64,000 nt of DNA from Candidatus Bathyarchaeota archaeon (GTDB taxonomy: Archaea; Thermoproteota; Bathyarchaeia; Bathyarchaeales; DTEX01). Position numbers and translations under genes: made by a program. Of this stretch, positions 55,262 to 64,000 are shown in pieces. Below the pieces are notes generated by a model. The model saw only the letters and a list, made by a program, of their open reading frames with translations, searched no databases and was not told the origin of the DNA. Every line of letters begins with the position of its first letter. Within the stretch, counting starts at the first letter, position 1. The stretch is from contig CAVQNT010000002.1 in NCBI GenBank assembly GCA_963714275.1, forward strand, positions 896,001 to 960,000. The letters run 5' to 3'.

Positions 55262-55604
55262 TAGCCTGTATCCTTCCTAAAACCATAAGGACAAATTGCA
55301 CTTATTAGTATATTTCGCGCGAGCTATATTGCGTGTTTCTCGGGTGTGTGGATACATTGGTGCGTCTGAAGGGGTCAAGCCCTATTATGGCGAGACAACC
55401 TTTACCGGAGACTATCTTTATGAGAATCGGTTCTATATTACCCAAGGTTAGATGATTAGTACTAAATTCTAGGCTTCCAAGCTTCTCGTTCATCTCTTTG
55501 GAAATTCGCAAAAAGTAAAGCCTCTTTTTTCTTAAAACTTTAGAAAAGTCTTATAAATGCTCGGAAAATAGTTAGAGTAAATATATTTTTAGCTAGTGGA
55601 AAGA

Positions 55605-56714
55605 ATGGGTGAAGAAGAGAAGAAGGGGTTCTTTTTCAAGATTCAAGAGAAATATGAGTCGTACAAGAAGGAAGTCGAACAGAAACAGCAGGAGAGGTTA
55701 GAAAAAGAAAAGCAAAAAACTGTTAATGAAGTCAGCAAATGGATGAATGACTCTCTCAAAGACTTGGTCAGTCTGCCTACGGAATTTAAGCCCTTATCTG
55801 TCGGCGGCACTTTCGGCGTCGTTGGCGGATTCACAACTAAAGATAACGTGCCAGTAATCTCCTATATCACAATAAGATCTTATGAGAAACTGGTTTATCC
55901 AATGGATTATATTTTTGGAAGTTACGCAGAACGATCTGTTCCAACATCAATTATTGCAAAGAAGATTTCCACACGTTTTATGCGTTCAGAGAGGGTGTTA
56001 ATACCATTTGAGTCGCAACTTGGGGTAACGTTCGATGCCAAGGCAGTCTGGGAGAGAAAGACAGGCTGGAATCCATTGGTTGAGACAATGAACAATGATA
56101 AAGCCCTTATTTCAGCTCTAACATCATTGCCTAACCAATCTACTGTCTCCATTACTTCTAAGAGATATTTAACGTACAAGATCGATGATGCGAACGAAAA
56201 GAATCTTGAGTGTCAGTGTCAGATTATACCTTACGAGAACTTGGCATTCATCGGTATAAGGGCTATAGGACTTGTACGCAAGGATAATGTAAAGAATATT
56301 GTCAATTTGTTCAGAATCATGAGGGGCCACATATTGAGTTACGGACACACTGTGCCTACAAGTGGTCATGTCGCCCAAGACTGGATAAAGCTTCCCATTT
56401 TCATCATGAATGACTACTTTTTACCCGTGAAGCAGGCATTAACTGCAAAGCCTAAAGATAGAGAGGAAAAATCCGCTCAGGAAGTCTTGGATAGCGAGCG
56501 CACGCGCTTAAAACGGTTCTTGGTGCCAATAGAAGCTTATAAAAAAGCTTTCGTTGGAGAGAAGAAAGGAAGCTTTTCTTATCTTGTTGACGCAGAGAAC
56601 CCTGAAGAAGCGAAGAAGAAAGTAATCGAAATGTTCAATGAGAAGCAGGTTCCTGAAGGGTTCTCCGTTAGAAATATATCAGATCCAACTGACATGACAG
56701 ACTATTGGGGCTGA
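55605..56714 (+). CDS. Hypothetical protein
   Basis: 370-aa ORF, TTATAAA box upstream. Confidence 0.7.
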   Translation: MGEEEKKGFFFKIQEKYESYKKEVEQKQQERLEKEKQKTVNEVSKWMNDSLKDLVSLPTEFKPLSVGGTFGVVGGFTTKDNVPVISYITIRSYEKLVYPMDYIFGSYAERSVPTSIIAKKISTRFMRSERVLIPFESQLGVTFDAKAVWERKTGWNPLVETMNNDKALISALTSLPNQSTVSITSKRYLTYKIDDANEKNLECQCQIIPYENLAFIGIRAIGLVRKDNVKNIVNLFRIMRGHILSYGHTVPTSGHVAQDWIKLPIFIMNDYFLPVKQALTAKPKDREEKSAQEVLDSERTRLKRFLVPIEAYKKAFVGEKKGSFSYLVDAENPEEAKKKVIEMFNEKQVPEGFSVRNISDPTDMTDYWG

Positions 56715-57011
56715 CGTCAGCAAGCAATATCCCTTAGGAATGTTGCTTCGACCAATATTGATTGAAAAAAGGTAGCTAGCCTAGAGTGCTACACCATTTA
56801 ACAAGCACTATTATAGCGCGCGTCATCTCAATTTTAGATTCGATTCTTTAAGAGTTAAAATAAAAAAAAGGAAAAAAAAGACAATGTTATTCGGTGTATA
56901 GTTTGGAGGAAATAGATGAGGCTTTTAACTGGCTTGTGCTGATTCTTGGCACGCTGGCTGCGACTTTGATTGAATCTATACATACCTATTTAGATGAAAG
57001 GAGGTGTAAAA

Positions 57012-57602
57012 ATGGGTCTATTTAAAAGGTTTACAAAGCCATCTAAAAAAGAGGCAGAAGAACATGATTTCAACCATTTAATTGATATTCTTTTGCATGA
57101 TGAGAGCGTTGAGAAAAGGTACGATGCTGCCGTAAGACTTGGCAGCCTACATGATGCCCGAGCTGTTCCAGCTCTAATTCAAGCATTCGGAGATGGCGGA
57201 TCAATACATATCAAAGGTGTCGCTGTTGTATATGTTAGTGTAGCAGCGGTAGAAGCGTTAGGCGAAATCGGAGGTCCAGAAGCAACTCAAGTACTGAGTA
57301 AGGTGCTTCGAGTAAGCTCTAGTGGTATGTCATTCGCAGCAAAGAAAGCACTCAAAAAGCTCGGTGCCACAGACATACTCAGAAAATATGCTCCATTTTC
57401 TAATCAGTCTTGGGAGGCCATAACATTAGATGAAAGCGGAAATACTTATCGTGGATATGGTGTTCAAGGGCGGCAAGAGAGTCTTCAAAAGCTCACTGGA
57501 CCTGGGGATTATGTCCTCCTAGAGTGCTCCATCGCCGATATCTACGAGGAGAAAGGTGAAAGGAAGGCTTTACCCGATGGTGCTCCCCGTCCGTATAAAT
57601 AG
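57012..57602 (+). CDS. HEAT-repeat protein (may extend via frameshift)
   Basis: R..AA..LG.L.D.RAVPALI; GAGGTG RBS. Confidence 0.75.
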   Translation: MGLFKRFTKPSKKEAEEHDFNHLIDILLHDESVEKRYDAAVRLGSLHDARAVPALIQAFGDGGSIHIKGVAVVYVSVAAVEALGEIGGPEATQVLSKVLRVSSSGMSFAAKKALKKLGATDILRKYAPFSNQSWEAITLDESGNTYRGYGVQGRQESLQKLTGPGDYVLLECSIADIYEEKGERKALPDGAPRPYK

Positions 57603-57909
57603 GTTGGGAAGGTACTTATTGAGGCTGAAACGCCTTATCCGAAATCATCTCTAACCAATGGGTTAGTTAGTTTAGAAGCACGCAGACTACATCTCGACCA
57701 TGCCTTTAATGAGGAGATTTCAGTGATAGACTTGGCTGGCGACCCCGTAGAGTTGCTTTCAGTTCAGAAGAAAGCCTTTGTGGACTTTTCAAGAGTAGAT
57801 ACCTCTGGTTTAGAACAACTAAAGAACTTGATGATTTTCTGAGTCGCGATCTAGCTCAGCTAAACTTTCAGACTCTTTCTTAACCAGCACTGTCTCATGT
57901 TCAATCTAG

Positions 57910-58572
57910 CTAGGCTTTTTTTCGAGAATATTCAGCTTCTGCTTTTCCTTTTCGGAAAATGTGGTTTCCTATAAGCACTATTAGTGCACATGTTAGGGAA
58001 ATAACAGTGTAAGCAGGAATTCCCTGCGTAACCATTCCCCAAAAGTAAAATATGAAAAGAAGGAGCCCAGCAAGCATAATATATACCCCAAAGATTCTTA
58101 GAGCCATGGGAAAAACTCTTTCAAAAAATGGAAAGGTCTTTCCAAGTAACATTTGAAATCCAATGATAAACAGCATCAAGCTTGGTATACAGAAAACAGC
58201 AGTACTTATAGAATATAGTATGAAAGGTGGTAAAAAAGAGTTTTTTATCATCGAGTAAAAAACAATAAGTAGGATAATGCCAATCAGTAAAGCAATTAAT
58301 CCATAAAATTTTTCTTTTCCTGTAGACTCATCGTAGGACTGGGTTCCAGGATGTAAAGGAGCAACCTTGGATTTCCTCAGGCTTCTATAGCCAAAATATA
58401 TTATTGCGATTGAAGGGATTAGCCCAAACGCAATTACCAGAGCTATCACTAAGGCTGGATCAACGCCTTGAGGTACAGTTGCCATCATGGGGTATAAACC
58501 AGCAAGAACACTTACCAACCAATATATTCCAATGATGAACAGAAGGATGGCAATCGCCTTCCCTTTATTCAT
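57910..58572 (-). CDS. Multi-pass membrane protein
   Basis: Six TM; shares N-terminal module with 27204..27920. Confidence 0.7.
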   Translation of the reverse strand: MNKGKAIAILLFIIGIYWLVSVLAGLYPMMATVPQGVDPALVIALVIAFGLIPSIAIIYFGYRSLRKSKVAPLHPGTQSYDESTGKEKFYGLIALLIGIILLIVFYSMIKNSFLPPFILYSISTAVFCIPSLMLFIIGFQMLLGKTFPFFERVFPMALRIFGVYIMLAGLLLFIFYFWGMVTQGIPAYTVISLTCALIVLIGNHIFRKGKAEAEYSRKKA

Positions 58573-58742
58573 GATTAATCCAATCCTCCTTCTCAAAACA
58601 CAATTATAATCGATTTAATTTAAGGATCTGCCATTTTTATCGTTTCTGGTATAGCTAGCTGACTTAATAGCACAGATTATTTTCTGATGCTTGTGGCCCA
58701 AGCTGCAATTTCATGTTTCATTTGAAATCTGATATTGCGCAG

Positions 58743-59051
58743 TTATCCTCTCCACTCACCAATTCCATCCCAAGCGTGGTCGAGATAACGGCCTGTGAGA
58801 TGCCCCTTCTTATAGACTCGGTCATATACCTTCCGCATCAGGTTCATGCCGCCCTTTTCGTTTAGTTCTTCGCCGAACTTGAATAATTGGTTGTCAATTG
58901 CTTTCCACTCATTGTTCAGCGGGGTTCCCACCTTCGTGGCATTCAAATAGTCCTCTGCACAAATCTGGTCTATCCTATTAAGCAGTCGGATAATCTCGTC
59001 TACCATCCTCTCATTAACGGGAGGACCGAACAAACGACCTAGAAAACCCAT
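58743..59051 (-). CDS. Hypothetical protein
   Basis: GE.LN..GG..LM..V...WDGIG.W. Confidence 0.7.
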   Translation of the reverse strand: MGFLGRLFGPPVNERMVDEIIRLLNRIDQICAEDYLNATKVGTPLNNEWKAIDNQLFKFGEELNEKGGMNLMRKVYDRVYKKGHLTGRYLDHAWDGIGEWRG

Positions 59052-59292
59052 TTCTTAAACACCAAGATTGATCAATATCAATCTTATTACTTAAGACTAT
59101 TTTGTGATTATCGCGCGCAAAGAAGAGCCCTCATAATTTCGATCAACGTTAAAAACATTTAAAGAAGTATGAATACTAGGCAATAGGAGAAATAGGTGGA
59201 TTGTTTTTGGAAAAAAGAAAATGTCTGCTTCAAGGAAACCATCTTAGGAATAGCTCACTCGCTTTAACGTAGAAGGTTGAGTGTGTTTACTA

Positions 59293-61594
59293 ATGGGCAA
59301 GATAGTTTTAAAGCTAGTTTCCGCAATCATATTCTTACTTGCTTTATCGCCTTTCTTTTTGATGTTGGCTTCAGCTTCTCCTGATGTTGTAGTTATTAAT
59401 CCAACGGTTGTGACGGTTGAGCTGATAGCAGACTCCTATGTTAACAGTACCGATCCTGACGTGAATTATGGAGAAAATACACGCTTGAGTGTAGGGTCCG
59501 AAAAAATCACGTATTTAATGTTTGGACTGCCTGATCTTCCATTGAACGTTTCTATTGGGGAGGCAAGGCTAGAGCTGTATGCATCGAGTGGATCAACGTC
59601 AGGGTATATTGATGTTTATCATTGCCCTGATAATTCTTGGATTGAGAGCGGCATTACGTGGAACAACAGACCCAGCTACGATCCTGAAAGGATAGACAGG
59701 ATTGACCCAAGTGCCTGGACAGGGTGGGAAAATCCGTGGCATGTAACTGAAGTTGTACAAACGTGTTACTGGGAGGGCGACATGAAACTTACGCTGGTAA
59801 TCGTCTCCTCAAATGCTTGGGCTTATTATAACTCGCGAGAATCATATAATAAACCGCGTTTAATAATCAGTTACTTAACGCCTCCGACCTATACAGTTCA
59901 TGTCGAGTCAACTGATGAAACTGGCAGGACCTCTAATGAAGGCTCTATAACTATTTCAGGTCAATATTGCTCCCTTCCGAATGAAGTACTTGTAAAGCCT
60001 GGAAGTCTATCCGCTAGAGTTTTTTGGCGATTATGAATTTGTTAGGTGGGAAACAGACGGGGCAATCAGCGTTGCAAGCGCAACAGCGGAGGTAACTGAT
60101 GTCGAGATTCAAGGCGCAGGCTTGATTAGAGCTGTCGGAAGAAGCGCAGAACTCGCCCTTGAATCGGTCCAAAATACGGGCACCACGTCGAACATGGGCT
60201 ACATAATTATTGAAGATGAAATCTATGCAGAACGTTACTTCCTGCCGCAAAACATTCCGTTGATCAAGCCTGGAACATATAATGTTTCTTATGAGGGCGG
60301 ATACTCATTCATTAGATGGGAGACTGTCGGCAACATATCCGTCTCAAATCCGACTCAGCCAACAACAACCGTAATGATTTCCGCTGGCAGCAGCACCCTT
60401 AGAGCGGTAGGAAGCGTGGAGATCATGGAGTATGCTTATGACGATGGCCAAACTGGAACATATAACTATGAAAGTGGAGATGCAGGATCGATGTATGCGG
60501 TAAGGTTCACTCCCCTCTTTTCAGGAAAGCTGCTAAATGCTCGTTTCTACATTGTTACGGAACCAAACATCTTCAAGATTCATATAATGGACGAGAATAG
60601 AAACCAAATAATTGCTCCCTTCACATGCAATCCTGCCGCCGACGGTTGGTTCGTTGTTGATCTTTCCACCTTCAACATTCATGTAGAGGCAAGAAAAGAT
60701 TTCTACGTCGGTGTTGAGTGGGTTCAGGAAGGAAAACCCAGCATAGGCTATGATGATGATGATTTGCCACGTGATGATAGAAGTTGGTTTTGGAACGGCA
60801 CAAGCTGGGACCAATATCCTGTATACCACGACCTTATGATACGAGCTCAAATTGAAACAACCATGTATCCCAGTCAGATCACATGTTCCCTTAATCTAGT
60901 TTCAATGGCCTACAAGGAAGAGACTGAAATCTCCGGTTCAATATATCCTTTAAACCTAGAAACAGCAGAAGGCCTTGTGACGCTTCAATACGGTTCTTTT
61001 TCTCAATACGGTTCTGACGGCGTTTCATGGTTCAACATTACAACCGTCTCTTGTGCTTCATCAAGCTATTCTTATTCTTGGAGACCAACATTGCCAGTCG
61101 GAAGCTGATCTTATAGAGCTGCTTGGCAAGGATCTGAAACATATTTCGGATCTAAAAGTGAAACTCAGGAACTAGCCATAGTAAAGGCATACTCAACTTT
61201 GACCTGTTCGTTCGACGTCGAAAAAAAAGAGATTAACGAGGATGTAACCGTATCTGGGCAGATCAATCCCGTGATTAGGAACACAGAAATAATCTTGATG
61301 TTTACCAATCCGGAAGGGGTTCAATCTAACCAAACGGTTTGGACATCATCAGACGGTCGCTTCGACACCACTATGGCACCTAACAAGGAGGGAACATGGA
61401 ATGTGAAGGCCTACTGGGCTGGAGACGAAAACTATCATAGTGCCGAAAGCTCGATTTCTGAACTGGACGTTGCACTTCCTTTCCCTTATTGGATTATAGG
61501 TCTAGCCTTCATGGTTGTCATGGCAGGACTAATAATATTCTTCATATACAGAAGAAAGAGAAAAAGATCAATTCCAATGCCCCTCATTCGTTAA
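59293..61594 (+). CDS. Surface protein with DNRLRE/CBM96-like domain, internal repeats, Ig-like domains and C-terminal TM; frameshifts near 60020 and 61105
   Basis: DSYV...PD.NYG, W.E..ITWNN.P, SRE...P.L; three ORFs in register. Confidence 0.75.
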
Positions 61595-61701
61595 CATCCT
61601 ACAAAATGGCAAGGTTTTAGTAGTTCGACTTGCACCTGCATAAAAACGTTTAGCGCGCGTGCTATTAGTCGACTCATCTTTTATTCAAGTAACTTTATGC
61701 T

Positions 61702-62130
61702 TTAGAAGTCTTTAGGATGCACTCTTTGGATTAAGTCTACTTTGTCGTATTCTTTGTCCTCGCTGACTATTTTTGCTAAGTCGTGTTCAAGCATTGTTGC
61801 CACATTTATTGCGTCTTTAGGTCGTTTCAGCGGTGTGATCTCCATGATCTCAAGTGCGTGTTCAAAAGTGGCTGGTTTAATTTCATATTTCATAATTTTA
61901 GTCATTTTTAGATAGTCATAAGTGACACGGATGGCTGTTGATGGGGAGGTAAGCTTGGATAGAATGAAAAGGGTCTCTTCCAAGGTTTCTAGGCTGATAG
62001 CAGCGTTTACCTCTCCCTTTGCGGCTTTACTTATGATATTTAGGCATTCTTTGTGGTATTCTGCACTCTTGTCTATAGCGTGTATGAGTGTTGTAGAATC
62101 TAGGAAATAGGTGGGTTCATTTCGGTTCAA
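61702..62130 (-). CDS. vapC: PIN-domain toxin
   Basis: FLDST, DAI..A, SEDKEYD. Confidence 0.85.
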   Translation of the reverse strand: MNRNEPTYFLDSTTLIHAIDKSAEYHKECLNIISKAAKGEVNAAISLETLEETLFILSKLTSPSTAIRVTYDYLKMTKIMKYEIKPATFEHALEIMEITPLKRPKDAINVATMLEHDLAKIVSEDKEYDKVDLIQRVHPKDF

Positions 62131-62146
62131 GGAGTGCGACCCAGTC

Positions 62147-62419
62147 TTATTTTATAAGAAACTCTTTTAATCTTTCCTCATCTGCCTTCTTTTTTAACTC
62201 TTCTGCGGATAGTCCTATTGATATTGTTTTTGATAGCTCGGTTAAGTCCTGTAGGGGGTCCTCGGAAACTTTGCGAAGGCGTATGCTTATTTCCTTGCCT
62301 CTTGCGATTATGATGGCTTCGTCTCCTGTGCGAACGTCGTGGGCTTCACGCAGTTGTTTAGGCAATACGATTCTTCCTTGCCTCCCAACCCTTACCTTAT
62401 ATATTGATGTCATAATCAA
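62147..62419 (-). CDS. AbrB antitoxin
   Basis: VGRQGRIVLPKQLR. Confidence 0.85.
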   Translation of the reverse strand: MIMTSIYKVRVGRQGRIVLPKQLREAHDVRTGDEAIIIARGKEISIRLRKVSEDPLQDLTELSKTISIGLSAEELKKKADEERLKEFLIK

Positions 62420-62628
62420 TCCTCTGTGTCCATAATAAATCTAGTGGCATTATTTAAGGTTAGTGGTAATAAACTTTATAACTAGCTAGCAAAGACGCAA
62501 GCCATAAAGGGCCAACTGAAAATATTCCAAGTCTAGCTGGCTAATGGCCCTATGTAAGGGCGCGCTAAAATGTAGTTATTTTTTTATTCTAAGGAGATGA
62601 TAATGATAAAGATATAGGAGTTGATTAA

Positions 62629-63045
62629 ATGTCTGAGAAAAAACCTGACATTAGAGTTGGCTTTAAAAAAGAAATTATAGTTGTGGATAAGCTTCCGAAG
62701 CCGACCTTGCCATATTCTAATTGTGTAAAAGCTGGAAATCTCTTATTCGTTGCAGGACAGGTTGGAATAGACCCAGCAAACAATCAGTTAAAAGGCAGTT
62801 CAATTAGAGAGCAGGTAGATCAGGCTCTAAAAAACATGTCCAACATCCTTAAAGTTGCTGGAAGTTCCATGGAACATGTTGTCAAGACAACAGTATTCAT
62901 ATCAGACTTTGGAGATTTTGATGAAATGAACAAGATTTACTCGAAATATTTCCAAACCAATCAACCTGCACGCAGCACGGTTCAGGTCATCCTTTATAAC
63001 GGATTCAAAGTCGAAATCGAAGCTATAGCAATAATCCCTTCATAA
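62629..63045 (+). CDS. ridA: RidA/YjgF family enamine deaminase
   Basis: PYS, AGQ, VVKTTVF, PARS, VEIEAIA. Confidence 0.9.
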   Translation: MSEKKPDIRVGFKKEIIVVDKLPKPTLPYSNCVKAGNLLFVAGQVGIDPANNQLKGSSIREQVDQALKNMSNILKVAGSSMEHVVKTTVFISDFGDFDEMNKIYSKYFQTNQPARSTVQVILYNGFKVEIEAIAIIPS

Positions 63046-63567
63046 AACATGTGTTGTTCAAATCTATAAAAAAAGATGCCCAAATGAGTAAACCCTAGGT
63101 CATTTATTAGAGATAATAGGGGTGAAATTTACTTTATTAGTCTTTTAACCATCAAATTGATTGATAAAATGAAGAAAACGAACGTAACAGCCACCAGCTA
63201 TAAGAATCTAAGAAGCATTGAAAGATCAGGCATGGTTGTGCCCAACAAATGATTAATTCATATGATTTCTCTTCCTTCAATTGTAGGACAGCGGTGAATG
63301 CTATTTTATGATAAGTCTGTTTCAGTCTGTTTTTTTTAAACAGGGTTTGAATTTGGCTTATCTCACGTATACAGAAGGTTGCAGAAGGCTACAAAAGGTG
63401 TTAGAAGTACAGGGAAGGCTGGTTGAAACATGCCCTTAACTGAAACTGTAGCTAGCTCAGCTGGTTTATTTTTGAGTCTTTAGTATTGAGTGGTGGCGAA
63501 ATGTGATAGTTTTTCCGACATATTTATTAATGTAAGATGCTTTATACTTTGTAAGGCGGAATTGGCT

Positions 63568-63828
63568 TTGGTGGAAACTGTAACAGTCAGTTCGAAGGGT
63601 CAAGTAACGATTCCCTCAAGGTTGAGAAGGGAACTGAGGATAGTGAAAGGTGAGAAATTCTTAATTGTTCGCGAGGGCGACGTGATTAAAATGATTCCAA
63701 TGCCCAAATTGTCGAATTTAGCGGGTGTAGATAAAGAAGTGTTCAAGGGTAGAAAGCCTTCTGAGGAAATTGAAACCATGAGAAAGGAGTGGACTATGGA
63801 ATTTGAAAAACGAATCCATCAAGCCTAA
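63568..63828 (+). CDS. AbrB antitoxin
   Basis: VSSKGQVTIP..LR. Confidence 0.85.
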   Translation: MVETVTVSSKGQVTIPSRLRRELRIVKGEKFLIVREGDVIKMIPMPKLSNLAGVDKEVFKGRKPSEEIETMRKEWTMEFEKRIHQA

Positions 63829-64000
63829 GATTGTTTTGGACACGAAGCCTTTGATTAAGCTCTTTGCACAGGAGGAAGGTTGGGACGCGGTTCAGAAAAT
63901 CTTGTCTCGGGTTGAAGCTGGAGATTTAGAGGCAGCGATAAGCGTGGTTACGCTAACCGAAATCTATTACAAGTATATGAAGGAAAAAAGGGCAGATCTG
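63803..64000 (+). CDS. vapC: PIN-domain toxin, truncated by the window edge
   Basis: IVLDTKPL...E.G...V...IS.V.L.E. Confidence 0.8.
   Translation, partial: MKNESIKPKIVLDTKPLIKLFAQEEGWDAVQKILSRVEAGDLEAAISVVTLTEIYYKYMKEKRADL

Noticed and set aside
20700-64000. Integron with attC cassettes
   Set aside because: No integron integrase and no convincing RYYYAAC...GTTRRRY hairpins found by eye.

Overview
Archaeal genomic window, most consistent with Bathyarchaeia (CdvA-like gene, two-intron tRNA, Zn-ribbon membrane proteins, AbrB-VapC pairs); the taxon is inferred, not proven. Many genes carry single-base indels, probably long-read assembly errors. 1-20 kb is housekeeping: YHS-fused alpha-glucan phosphorylase, radical SAM, GH94 phosphorylase, enolase-superfamily dehydratase, tRNA-Val(TAC) with two BHB introns, a deoxysugar cluster, and an Sph-like SMC ATPase next to a CdvA-like gene. 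20.7-64 kb is a mosaic accessory island with six toxin-antitoxin pairs, surface proteins and gene fragments. Main result: a 6.39-kb element (35116-41505) with near-perfect 115/112-bp terminal inverted repeats, flanked by an exact 15-bp direct repeat (GACTAAATTTTAATC). It encodes a solo Cas1 and a small AEP-primase-like protein but no family-B DNA polymerase, Cas2 or CRISPR array, i.e. a PolB-less casposon-like transposon carrying a PD-(D/E)XK cargo. The same palindromic core recurs at 20705, 48190, 49424 and 50293 next to related termini, suggesting either a tandem array of Cas1-integrated gene cassettes or repeated target sites.
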